Positions 1 through 11,389 of a DNA stretch of 64,000 bases are shown here, piece by piece. The notes below the pieces were generated by a model, which worked only from the letters and a program-made list of their open reading frames with translations, was not told the DNA's origin and did no database searches. Position 1 is the stretch's first letter. Each line of letters starts with the position of its first letter. Origin of the DNA: Ginglymostoma cirratum (lineage: Eukaryota); contig JAHRHZ010000085.1 of assembly GCA_024137785.1 (NCBI GenBank), forward strand, positions 13,661,272 through 13,725,271. Reading direction: 5' to 3'. Both the position numbers and the translations under genes were made by a program.

Positions 1-1142
1 GGGTCATCTTTGAATTTGTGCTCGAGTCCTGAAGTGTGACATGCATCCTCCCAAACTTCCACTTCAGAGGCAAGATGCTACAACATAAGCCATGGCAGAC
101 ACGTAGGAATGTTGAGGATAGACTGGATTATGGGGGAAGAAGGCAGGACAGTGATGTTTGACATAGCCAGTGATGCAATATGGTTTACTTGCCAGTAACT
201 GTAACTTCCACTATGATGACCTCGAGTATTCCTCTTGGCTACAATCAATATCCTGATTGGGAAGGACTGACAGCTAGCCTTTCCCCCCCCCAAATCCCAG
301 ACTCTCGCTGGTGCGGACATGGTTATTGTAGAGAAGGCTGGCACGGGGCCATTCATGCTGCTCAGTCACAGAGGAATGACTCTGGGGGAAGAGCTGATGT
401 GGTGTCATTTCACAATGAATGAGAACCTCAGAGACTAGAAATCAGCAGGCATCTCATTTCATGATGCAAGTCTGACTATTCAAACCATCGCTTTGGACAG
501 TTCTGGAGATCTCCTGAGCTTGCAAATCAGAAAAATACCAATAGAACATTTTTGCCTCAGAAAGGTTCAAATTTGGCACTTTGAACAATGTAGTGATATT
601 GCAAATCTCCCATTAAACATTAACCATTTCCCCATCAACCCCACATTACCCTCGGTAATACTGGTGACCAGAGATAATGGAGGTGCTGCACCTGATGCTG
701 GTAACAGGCATATGACAGGGAATCCACTGCGTAGTTATCAACATCATCCATCAGAATATTATCTGTTGGCAGTCAGCAAACAGTATCATAGACACTTCGC
801 ATTGCTTTACCAGAATTATGAGTGAAGACATGCCCTCAGTTTGTGTGCACTTCCCCATGATCTCAGGGTCAGTTAGGTTCAGGTTTACCAGCAGAGACAG
901 AGACAGGACCACTGTTTTGGGTGTGGAAGTGACCATTTCTACTGACCCTAATCCTTAGCACAAACTGTGGCCCAAACTAAAAGGAAAAGGTCCTCCATTC
1001 AACTGGCAGAATTAAATAGAGCAAAAATGCTGCTTGGACTGTATAATTATCCATGAGAAAAATAACCTGCAAACAGACTGTGCACTTTAAATGCCAATTC
1101 TAATCAATGTATTGCAAGGGATCCTGTTAGTTGATGTCATAG

Positions 1143-1377
1143 TGTAGTGAGTGTAATGAATTCAGTCGTATGGACCTTATAGAAATGAGTTCCCTGATTG
1201 GGGCTATTAACCTGGTCCAATCAGGGAGTCCTGGCTGATAGATATAAACAGGAGTGTCGTAGGTTCTGTTTGCTCTGAGAGCTGGAACTGAGGGAGCTGG
1301 ATCAGTGTCAAGGACTCTCCATGTGTAAGTTAAGGGTGACTTGGTGATGGGATACCAGCCTCTATGGAGTTACTTCA
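1143..1377 (+). repeat. 5' LTR (235 bp) of the Gypsy element
   Basis: TG...CA ends. Inverted CCAAT pair tccctgattgg (1191-1201) / ccaatcaggga (1217-1227) and TATA-like gatataaa at 1241. Homologous to 4470-4680 and to four solo LTRs. Confidence 0.88.
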
Positions 1378-3810
1378 GTGGCAACGAGAGTGGGACAGTA
1401 ACCATGCAGAAGTGCCTGCTAGCTGAACAGCCACTACAATTGGTTTTATCATTGGAAAAATGCAGCAGGTGAAACATAGGAGTTGCAGGCTGTTCTGATG
1501 GAAGTGGACACCCTCGCCAGTCCGACTGAGCTTGGGGAACACCACTTGAGTGAAGGCAATTGACTAGCCTCGCTCTGGACATGTCGTGAACAGAGGAACT
1601 TTAAGTCAGCCCACAGCAAAACCCCAAAACAAAACCAAGCCTTAGTCAAACTGTTAAAATTTCCTTCAAGAAACAGGCCAGCAAACCATTGTAGTTGCTG
1701 CCAGTATGTGGACTGGAGACAGCAAGAGAGTCCCAACAGGGCTAAATGGAGTAAGAGGACTCGGAGGCTGGTATCCAGGACAGTGCACACCCTGGAAAGT
1801 TCACATTCATATGGTTTGGAACACTTAAATTGCTTAGCAACATCCAAATCAGAACCAATCAAAATAAACACCTAGTTAAATGGTCACCTAGTTCTAATGG
1901 AGGTTGATACCAATGCAGCGTTTCAGTGATTACAGAACCAGTCTTTAACAAAATTCACTCTGGACTCCAAACCTTAGGCTTGCACAAGACCTTGGCCAGA
2001 CTGAGAACCTATACCAGGGAGTCTTTACAGATTAAGGGTACAACTACGGTTCTAGTCTCTTTAAAGAAGCAGCTGGTTGAATTACCAGTGATTGTAGTAA
2101 AAGGCTTGAGCCCAAGCTGATGGGGCGAAATTGGTTGAGAAAGATTCACCTGGTTTATCTCATCACATTTTGATTAAAAAATTGCTGCCTGAGCGAAGTC
2201 CTAATTAAATACCCGGAAGTTTTTCAGGGAGGTCTAGGGACTATCAAATGAGCCAAGGCCACCTTGCATGTTGACCAGGAAGCAATTCCACGATTCTGCA
2301 AGGCCCACCGAGTACCCTTTGCCTTACAGAAGAAAGTAGAGGCAGAAATCAGAAGGTTGGAAAGTGAAGGGATCATCAAACCAGTACGGTTTGCAGAACG
2401 GACAGCACCAGTTGTACTGATTGTGAAGCCTGATGGCTCAGTTTGCCTTTGTGGGGATTTTAAACAAACAGTAAACTGCGTCTCACAGCTGGATAAATAC
2501 CCAATTTCTTGCACAGAGGGTTTATATGCAAATCTGGCAGGGGTGGGGGGTTCACTTTTCTTCATGTACTGGACATGAGCCATGCTTACTTGCGATTACA
2601 GTTAGATGGTGATTCCCAGAAGTATGCACAATTAGTACCCATTAGGGTTTGTATCAATATACGAGATGATAGAGAACATTTTGCAAGGCTTACCCCAGGC
2701 CGCCATTTATCTGACTGACGTGCTAATAACAGTGAAGACCAATAAAGAGCACTTAGAGAGAACTTGGACATAGTCTGTATACATTTCTCCCAGGCAGGCA
2801 TACACCTTCCAAGGGAAGAGTGGATGTTCTAAACATGTCAAATGACCCACTCGGGCTACAGGGTCGACAAAATCGGGTTACACCTGTTGGAAGATAAAGT
2901 GAGGGTTACCAAAGGGACTCAGCTCCCATGTCTTTACTGGACCTTAAGTCTTTCCTTGGGCTGGTGAATTATTAAAGAAAGGTCATACATATTCTGGCCT
3001 TCATCCTGGCACCTCTGCATCAACCACTAAAAATCAAACAGTCAGCTTTGAAAATGGTCGTGTAGCCAAGCCATAACTTTCAGGGAAGTGAAGAAAACGG
3101 CTATCATCCTCTAAGGTGTTAGCACGCTATGAGTCCAAACAAGATCTGGTATTAACATGCAAATCCTCCCATATGGCATCAGTATTAGCTCAGAGGTGGC
3201 CCAATGGAGAGGAACACCCAAAAGCATATGCATCCAGGACTTTGGCTAATGCAGACCATTAATACATCCAGATGGAGAAGGAAGGTTTAGCAATCATATT
3301 TGGAGTCAGAAAGTTCCACCAATAAACTTTACAGATGTAACTTTGTAATAACAACAGACCGCAAACTCCTGCTAGGTTTCCTCAAAGAGGACAAGGCAAT
3401 ACCGTCCATAGCGTCAGGCTGAATTCAGCGCTGGGCTCTAATACTAAGTGCACATAACTACAAGTTGGAACACCATCCAGGAAGCCAAGTAATGAGTGCA
3501 GATGCAATGAGCGACCTCCTGTTGGCAGATACACCACCAGTGGTACTGCCACTGGAAGAGTCTGTAATGGTTTTCAATTTTCTGGACCCACTTCCAGTCA
3601 CAGCTGACAATATCAGACTTTGGACGTAGGAGATCTGGTCCTGGATCAAGAATGCTAATGCCAGACACAAGACTCTGCTAAACGAGGGAGACAGTTTATG
3701 TCAGGGGACAAAGTTTGGTGTAGGATCCACGGGAATGGCCCTGCATGGGTAAGAGGAATGGTCAATGCGAGGTCAGGCCCCCAGTGACATATAAAGTTTG
3801 GGTGGGTGTG

Positions 3811-4112
3811 GGGCGGCACGGTGGCTCACTGGTTAGCACTGCTGCCTCACAGCGCCAGGGGCCCCGAGTTCAATTCCAGCCTTGGGTGATTGTCTGTGTG
3901 GAGTGTGCACATTTTCCCTGTGTCTGCGTGTCTGCACCTCGAGGTGCTCCAGTTTCCTCCCACAGTCCAAAGATGTGCAGGCTAGGTGGATTGGCCATGC
4001 TAAATTGTCCATTGTGTTCAGAGATGTGTAGATTAGGTGGGATACTCTGAGGTTCAGTGTGGACTTGTTGGGCCAAAGGGCCTGTTTCCACATGGTAGGG
4101 ATTCTATGACTC
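3811..4112 (+). mobile_element. HE1-type tRNA-derived SINE (V-SINE) nested in Gypsy element
   Basis: Head gggcggcacggtggctcactggttagcactgctgcctcacagcgccaggg with A/B boxes, V-domain ...tttcctcccacagtccaaagatgtgcag, and CR1-like tail gggattctatga. Confidence 0.88.
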
Positions 4113-4165
4113 CTAAGCATGTGGGCCATATGAAAGCTGCAAACTCACAAACAGTGTGGGATCAG

Positions 4166-4301
4166 ATTTTTTTTCTGATGAAGGGTTTAGGCCCAAAACA
4201 TCATGTTTTCCTGCTCCTATGATGCTGCTTGACCTGCTGTGTTCATCCAGCCCCATGCTTGTTATCTCGGATTCTCCAGCATCTGCAGTACCTTTTATAT
4301 C
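4166..4301 (+). mobile_element. Penelope-like terminal fragment nested in Gypsy element
   Basis: ctgatgaagggtttaggcccaaaac...gctgtgttcatccagc...ccagcatctgcagt is homologous to 21460-22021. 9-bp TSD tgggatcag at 4157-4165 and 4302-4310. Confidence 0.75.
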
Positions 4302-4469
4302 TGGGATCAGTAAGTGTCTGGTTCCTCAACTGCCCTTCTGACTGTTCTGGAACCTGTGGGTTCTCTCTCTCCGTCAAGCATTGAAGTTACCTCAGAATCT
4401 GAGCTGGACACAGTGGATATCACCACCTCAATGACAGGAGGAACTACAAGAAAATTATTTCCTCGAATC

Positions 4470-4680
4470 CTCATGACGGTAACAAGGTCAGCCAGGGGAA
4501 CATCATAGGATATGGGTTCCCTGATTGGACCAGATTAGCAGCACCAATCAGGGAACCCTGGCTGACAGCTAAGAACAGGAGTGTCAGAGGTTCTGTGCAC
4601 TCTGAGACCTGGCTCTGAGGAGGCTGGATCAGTAAAGGGTGACTTACTGACAGGGTACCGGCCTCTGTAGAGTATTTTCA
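4470..4680 (+). repeat. 3' LTR of the Gypsy element (diverged, small deletions)
   Basis: Same motifs as the 5' LTR (ttccctgattgg...ccaatcaggga, aacaggagtgtc, aagggtgactt); ends tttca. Confidence 0.85.
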
Positions 4681-6581
4681 CACAGCAAGCACATCCATTC
4701 CACTATTTCACTCAGTAAAAGCAGAAGCAAGAGGCTCCTACAATGCGATTATCTCAAAAACAGAATTTTACAGTAGATGTGAACACCTGGTATAATTAAT
4801 CAGTTGCCTTGTACAATTGCTGAATCCTTCGAGTGGTGCTGCAGTGCTCAGGCTCTGTCACTAGAGGTCCCCACAGTATGAGCCTGACTAACCAGCAGCA
4901 TCTAGTGACAGAAGCCAGAAACTGCAGGATGGAGCTGGAGTCTGACCCAGCCCTGGAACCTGACGACTTGGTTTTCCTGGGACCTACTGGTTTTGTCATG
5001 CCTCAAGGTTACAAAGGATCTTATGGTTCACTGGGATAGTTTCTAAGCCTGGAAACTGCTGCATTACTGTATTTCTCCTATTCTACGATCACTGCTCTTT
5101 TTGACAACTGCTCACTCTCTGCCAGTTTCACCCAGCCTTTGTAAAGCTGTTGAATCTAAGGCCCTAATGATCCCATCTTGCCATTTTTAATTCCCCCTGA
5201 TTTCAGATTTTGTCATTTTATCAGGATTTTGGATTTAGTTTTTCTGCGCTGTATGGAATCTCTGAGCTTCCTTCTCAAACCTTGTGCAGAACACCCCACG
5301 TTTGTTCAGTGGTTCTGCTACTTGAATCACACTTTTTTTGTCAAACTTGGATGAATTTCAAATAATTTATGTACTATTCAGGCACTGGCTCCTGACATGC
5401 TGTGGTTCCAATTCCATGTATTGGATTGAACCAATCTCTGATCCACTTTAGAGGTTTCCCCTCTCTCCACAATCTGATCTTGTCGGCCAATCTACAGTGT
5501 TCCAAATAAGATTAAGGGCTAAACGGACCAGCCCCGAGACTCTGTGAGCTGACTTCCTGAATGTTACACCACAACTACCAGGTACAATGGTCAGTGGAAA
5601 CACAGAGGCTCAAGGAAGGGGAGGGCACCCCTCACTCCCATGAGGCAGATGGGTGTGAGTGCCTCCCAATCTGCCAGTAAATGTGCTTCCTGCACCGTGT
5701 CCCCTCCTCCCCAACAAGAGTCTGGGCAAGTTTCCCAACACATCTTTGGAGATCATTCATAATTCTCCAATGCCTGGGTCCCTCACCGTTCCTACACTCC
5801 AGCCAGCAATGGAGCATCTGTGTGGGGCCTCTTTGCCTCACGGAGGTCCCTACAATGCCCTTGGTCCCATTCCCAGCCTGCCATTTGCCTTCTAAAAAGA
5901 CTGGGAAAAAGACACACACAGTCTTCTCAAGAGTGACTAAGTCTTTATTGATTCTCTGGCCTTTTGGCTGGTCCACTGCCAGCAATCTAGTGGGAGGATG
6001 GGCAAATGCCTGAGGCAGTGATGTTTGCTGAATGTCCCTATCATCTCCTCAAAAATTCAACTGATCACACTCCACCTCTACCCCATAAAACCATAATGAT
6101 CATCTAAGTTCACACATCCCCATGTATTCCACTGGACTCCATGTTCTATCTTTTTACCTCTTTATAAACTGACATTGCATTTGCCATTCTCCGAACCTTA
6201 AGCACCAGCTGTATATATCCAACTCTTTTTCTTCAACAGACAGGGATGCCTACAGTCCTTAGGGGACTCGGGCTAAATATTTCCTTCCCATTCTCGTTTC
6301 TGATGAAGCTTTAAAATATCTACCAGCATGTGGCAGATTCTGTTGTCTATTTTCCCAAATACATAGTGCACAGTCCTTCTTGGCCAGGAGCTGCATTTTA
6401 ATTTGTTGCCTTGAGGCTTTAACACACATCCTACATTACGAACTGAGGGTGAAATTTCCTCAGCTGGTTGGCCGTTGAAATATCTTTAAGTCCCAGCTAA
6501 TGCCACTTAGCTTTGTGATTCCTGTCACACCCTGCTCAAAGGTGAACCCTCTATGTACAATCCATTCAGCTGCATACTCAC

Positions 6582-6742
6582 TATTGTGCAGAGTCGTTAA
6601 GCTGGTATTCACGGGAACGGCTGAAGCATTCCACCATCCCTGAATCTGTCCAAAGTCGCTTCATGGCAGACAGCAGCTCTGGAGAGAATGGTTCCGTATC
6701 CTCCATTCGACTCACTACGTCACACACCATTTTAGCATCAGC
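6582..6742 (-). CDS. GNAO1: Internal coding exon of G protein alpha-o subunit gene (equivalent to GNAO1 exon 4, helical domain)
   Basis: Minus strand encodes [53 protein letters not shown](Y), near-identical to vertebrate Galpha-o residues ~102-155. Acceptor ttttctcattccccacAG ends at 6743 and donor GTGAGT lies at 6581-6576. Length 161 nt, phase 0/2, as recalled for human exon 4. Paralog identity within the Go family is not proven. Confidence 0.93.
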
Positions 6743-6780
6743 CTGTGGGGAATGAGAAAATGTATCAGAATGAGACAGCA

Positions 6781-6889
6781 ACAAGCCAATCACATCACGC
6801 CAAAGGACCACCATGAGCCAATTGCGTTATGTCAAACGACAGCCACAAGCCAATCAGCTCAATGCAAGACGCAACAATGACCGATATTG
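6781..6889 (+). repeat. Degenerate 32-bp tandem repeat carrying CCAAT boxes
   Basis: CCAAT at 6786, 6818 and 6850. Units 1 and 2 match at 21/32 positions, with many differences being CpG-type transitions. Confidence 0.7.
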
Positions 6890-7139
6890 AAATTGAAGGC
6901 CATGGCCCCACCAGTGATGACAACTCTGCAACATCCTTCTCTCTCTCTTATCTCCACAATGGGCAAATACAAACACTTTGCAGTCATTCAGTTGGACAGG
7001 CACAGGATTATGATCCAAAACAGGAATCGCAGCTGGTTACTCAGCCCCAGGTACACTCATGCTGAGGTAAACGTTTGGGCTGCCAACTCAGGGATCGACC
7101 TCCAAGGCTTAACTATTACCAGGGGTCGTAGTTTATTCA

Positions 7140-7510
7140 GCAACCTTTGTTCATTTAGGGTTTAAGTTGACTATTGGAACAATGTTGGAGGATTCACAAC
7201 AACTTCCAGCACTTTTACATCCTTCCTTAAATAAGGAGATTAAAACTGCAGTCAGTTTGAGATGTGTTCTCACTAGTGTCCTGTACAACTGAGCATAACA
7301 TCCTTATTTTTACATTCAGTTCCTCTCGAAATAAATCATAGTATCCCATTAGCCTCTTGATTACATGCTGTACCTGCATTTTTGTGATGAACACCTAAAT
7401 CCCTCTGTGCCTTGGATTTCTGCAGTCATTCTCCATTTAAGTAATGGTCTTTTTTTTTGTTCTTCCTGCCAAAGTGGACAACTCACATTTTCCCACATTA
7501 TACGTCATGT
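7140..7510 (-). mobile_element. CR1 LINE RT fragment (old)
   Basis: Reverse of typical CR1 RT C-terminal DNA (...gtggacaactcacattttcccacatta; ttgtacaggacactagtgagaacacatct). Confidence 0.6.
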
Positions 7511-7539
7511 ACAAATCTTCATTATTTTATTTCATTCTT

Positions 7540-8300
7540 CTCCTTATTTTTGGTTTGGAGCTGTAAATTGTGAGCTGAGAGCTGATGGTGACTTTTGGAC
7601 TAGGAAGCAGCAGGTTTAAAAAATGAACTGATATTTGTTTACGAGGCTAGGCCTGAAAATTGATTTCAAGTCTTTTACTTGTTTAAAAAGTGCTCTGTAG
7701 ATGCTGTGACTCCAGAGAGGCCTTGTGCTCAAAGGGCAGGCCAGAGTTTGAAGCAGATTTTGAAGTATGAAAGTCATCAGGATTGTGTCCACAAAAGCTA
7801 CAGGTTGGAGGTTTGATTGCTCCCTTATTAAATGTTCAGAGAATCGAATCTTGAGATTCTATTAAAAGAATTAAGTGAACATGCCACAGAGCCTACTGGA
7901 AGCTGTCTGTATGCATTGGTGTCATCAGAAATCAAACAAGAATAATGCCATAGGTCGGTGAGGTTAAGTTTGTGGAGACTGCTTGAGTGAACTAACCAGT
8001 TATGTCTCATTTATTTCTTTTTTTAAACTTATCCCTTAACTGTGTCTGTCTGTCTTTGTTAAAGAGTGGGTGGCTAGAATCAAAACAGCTTAGGTTTAAA
8101 TCGTAGACATTAATTAGATTACCTCATGCCTTAACTTTGCTCTGCCATAGCTACTACATTATTAATAAATTGTTTAAGTATATATCTGGTATTAACTATT
8201 CATAAAGTCTGGCACCGATTACTCAAAACGTTTGGTTAGTAACCATTGGGATCAATTCTGAGGGTCGTTGAGTATTTTAATTTTACTGTATTGCAAATGC
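7540..8300. mobile_element. Possible solo LTR or unclassified insertion interrupting a CR1
   Basis: Lies between two collinear minus-strand CR1 fragments. LTR-like composition with aataaa at ~8164. Termini not identified. Confidence 0.3.
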
Positions 8301-8359
8301 AGATGGAGACCAACTTGATTTGGCTGTCTGTTTGTGTCAAAACTCCCGTCCTTGAACTA

Positions 8360-8910
8360 ACTGATGTAAATTGGAAGAAGTTGAGGCCCCCATCACAGGT
8401 TCCTGTGATTACATCCTGCCAAAGACCCATTTCTGCACACACCGTTTCCTGTTAGCAAGCCAATCTTCTTTCCACCACCTACAACCATGAGTTTTTATAT
8501 TTCACATTAACCTTCGATGTCAAATTCCTGCTGGAGGTCCATAGTACAACTACAGACTCCACCTTATCCACAGCACGTGCTACTGCCTGGTGATTTCTCT
8601 TCATGAAACCATGTTGATTCTTTGCAACTGCCCTGAGTTTTACGAAGTGCACATCTGTAATTGTTGTAATGATCACTTTGAACACCTTCCCCACAACAAA
8701 CATCAAACCAACTAGCCTGTAGATTTATATTTTCTGCCTCTGTTGTTTCTCAAGCAGAAGTGTTATATTTGCTACTTTTCTGTCTGATGCAACCTTTCCT
8801 GAAATAGGGAATTATGGAAATCTAAAACCAAAGCATCTATTACAGAACTCTGGGATGAAGTCCATCCAGACCTGGGGATTTGTTATCTCACAACTCCATT
8901 AGTTGCTTTG
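8360..8910 (-). mobile_element. CR1 LINE RT fragment (old)
   Basis: Minus-strand translation includes VVGKVFKVII...NQHGFMK, plus the KSPGLDGLHPRVL motif at ~8850-8880. Confidence 0.75.
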
Positions 8911-8919
8911 TGCCATTTA

Positions 8920-11159
8920 CCTCATAAATTTATATAAAGTAATAAAGTAATTAACTAAGTAGAGATGGCTGGGCAGGTGATGTGCTGTAGCTGCATGATG
9001 TGGGAGCTGGCTGATCCCATTGTGAATGGCAGTGACCACATCTGCAGCAAGTGTTGGTTGCTGGAAAAACTCCAGCTCAGAGTTGAAGATCTGGAATTTG
9101 AGCTTCAAACATTGCGGCACATCCGGGATGGGGAGATTTACCTGGACGCTTTGTTTCAGGAGGCATTCACACCTGGTAGACTAGGTAATTCACATTCAGT
9201 TAGTGATCGGGGCAGTAGGGTGTGACTGCAAGTGAGGCAGGTAGGGGGATCCTGAGTTCAGGAGTGGAGGAGCCTCAGCTTTTGACCTTATCCAACAGGT
9301 ACAAGACACTTGTTCACTGTGTGGATGAGGAAAAGGGCTGCGGGGAGGATGAGCCAGCTCACCATGGCACCATGGTGCAGAAGGCCATTCAAGAGGGCGG
9401 AGCAAAAAGACAAGTTGTAGTTATAGGGGATTCTATAGTTAGGGGGATAGATAGTATCCTTTGCAAGCTGGATCGGGAGTCCTGCATGGTGTGTTGCCTG
9501 CCCGGTGCCAGGGTGCAGGACATCTCTGACCAGCTTGAAAGAATATTGGAGTGGGAGGGGGAGGATCCAGTTGTTGTGGTCCACGTTGGGACTAACAACA
9601 TAGGCAAGGCTAGGATGGAGGACCTGTTTGGGGATTATCAAGCACTAGGAATGAAATTAAGGAACAGGTCCTCGAGGGTCATAATCTCTGGATTACTGCC
9701 CCAGCCACGTGCAAATTGGCTTAGCGATAAGAAAATTAAGGAAGTAAACACATGGCTAAGGCATTGGTGTGGGAAAGAGGGGTTCCATTTCATGGAGCAT
9801 TGACATCAGTTTTGGAACCGGGGGGATCTGTACTGATGGGACGATCTCCACCTGAACCGATCTGGAACCAGTGTTCTGGCGAAAAGGATAAATAGGGTGG
9901 TCACTAGGACTTTAAACTAGTGGGTCGGGGGGAAGGGAAAGGGAAAACGACAGGGAGTATGATGGTAAATAAAAAGGTAAGCAGCAGGTTAACATGTGTG
10001 CAGGAGGGTTTAAGTTCAAGGCAGACTATGAAAGAAGCAAAAAGGAAGGATAACTCAGGAGATATTATTAGAGATGTTGGAAATCATGAGGGTAAGAAAG
10101 CTAGCATAAAGGCACTTTACCTGAATGCTCGCAACATTCGTAACAAGGTTGATGAGTTAACGGCACAAATCAATCATCGCAAATGAATATGATTTGGTAG
10201 CCATTACTGAGACATGGTTACAGGATGGTCACGACTTGGAGTTAAATTTCCAGGGGTACCAGACTATTTGGAAGGACAGACAGGAAGGTAAGGGAGGTGG
10301 TGTAGCTCTGATATTCAAGGACGACATCAGGGCAGTGCTGAGAGATGATATAGGTTCTATGGAGAATGAGGTTGAATCAATTTGGGTGGAAATTAAAAAT
10401 TCTAAGAGGAAAAAGTCACTGATAGGCATAGTCTATAGGCCACCAAATAATAACATCACATTAGGGCGGGCAATAATCAAAGAAATGACTAATGCCTGTA
10501 AAAATGGTACGGCAATTATCATGGGGGATTTTAATCTACATGTAGATTGGTCGAACCAGCTTGGTCAGGGTAGCCTTGAGGAGTTCATTGAGTGTATACG
10601 TGATAGTTTTCTTGAACAGTATGTAATGGAACCGACGAGGGAGCAAGCTATCCTAGATCTGGTCCTGTGTAATGAGACAGGAATAATTAATGACCTCATA
10701 GTTAGGGATCCCCTTGGAAGGAGTGATCACAGTATGGTTGAATTTAGAATACAGATGGAGAGTGTGAAGATAAAATCCAATACCAGGGTCCTGTGCTTGA
10801 GCAAGGGGGACTACAATTGAATGAGGGAGGACTTGGCTAAAGTAGACTGGAAACAAAGATTTTATGGTGGGACAGTTGACGAGCAGTGGAGGACTTTCAA
10901 AGCAATTTTTCAAAGTGCTCAGCAAAAGTATATTCCAGTGAAAAGGAAGGACTGTGAGAAAAGGGCTAACCTGCCATGGGTGTCTAAGGAAATAAGGGAG
11001 GCTATCAAATTGAAAGAGAAGGCATACAAAGTGGCCAAAAACAGCATGAAACTAGAAGATTGGGAAAACTTTAAAGGTCAACAGAAAGCCACAAAAAGAG
11101 TTATAAAGAAAAGTAAGATAGAACATGAGAAAAAACTAGCACAGAATATAAAGACAGAT
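8920..11159 (+). mobile_element. CR1-clade LINE, 5' half: ORF1 (Cys-finger, coiled coil, SGNH esterase) and ORF2 APE endonuclease; 3'-truncated
   Basis: ORF1 MAGQVMCCSC...HICSKC, then VVVIGDSIVRG, CLPGARVQD, VVHVGTNNI (8965-9920, one frameshift plus stops). ORF2 LYLNARNIRNKVDEL, AITETWL, YRPP, MGDFN, LDLVL, SDH (~10110-11159). No RT domain follows. Confidence 0.93.
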
Positions 11160-11160
11160 G

Positions 11161-11236
11161 GCCGTGCCCCACACGCAGTGACATCGTTGCTGTGCCCCAC
11201 GTGCAGTGACATCGTCACCATGCCCCATGTCACTGT
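11161..11236 (+). repeat. Short tandem repeat, 28-bp period, ~2.6 copies
   Basis: (g/a)tgcccca recurs at 11164, 11192 and 11220, with gcagtgacatcgt in the first two units. Confidence 0.75.
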
Positions 11237-11389
11237 TACCTGGAGGTGAATTCCTGCAATACTTTGCTGCTGGAGAACGGAATGCTGCTTGGGATAGCAA
11301 TGGAACTATTCAGCCTGGAGCCAAGTGCTATGTCCAACCCAGTTTTGAAATCACACAATGTTTTGCCCTTGATTGCTTTCTGTGGCAGT

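Larger units (their letters stand above)
1143..4680 (+). mobile_element. Defective Ty3/Gypsy LTR retrotransposon (Mag/K02A2.6-like) with both LTRs and internal deletions
   Basis: 5' LTR 1143-1377 (TG...CA) followed by PBS-like tggcaacgag at 1379. Decayed domains: protease (LMEVDT, ~1876-2150), RT (APVVLIVKPDGSVCLCGDFK; YLxD at ~2707), RNase H (AYASRTL, EKEGLAIIFGVRKFHQ, RIQRWALIL). Integrase core missing. 3' LTR ~4470-4680. Flanks catag/cacag resemble a 5-bp TSD with 1 mismatch. Confidence 0.9.

Noticed and set aside
3811-3885. tRNA gene-like sequences (also 25533, 42956, 44142)
   Set aside because: These are SINE heads followed by SINE bodies and tails; no clean cloverleaf.
6581-6814. 77-aa ORF as a standalone gene
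   Set aside because: The N-terminal 24 residues are intronic read-through past the acceptor, and the TAG stop is formed by the exon end TA plus the donor G.
6781-6889. CRISPR-like periodic array
   Set aside because: Eukaryotic context, only ~3 degenerate tandem units, no repeat-spacer structure and no cas genes.
9222-11249. Long ORFs as host genes (esterase, endonuclease)
   Set aside because: CR1 ORF1/ORF2 remnants with stops and a frameshift.
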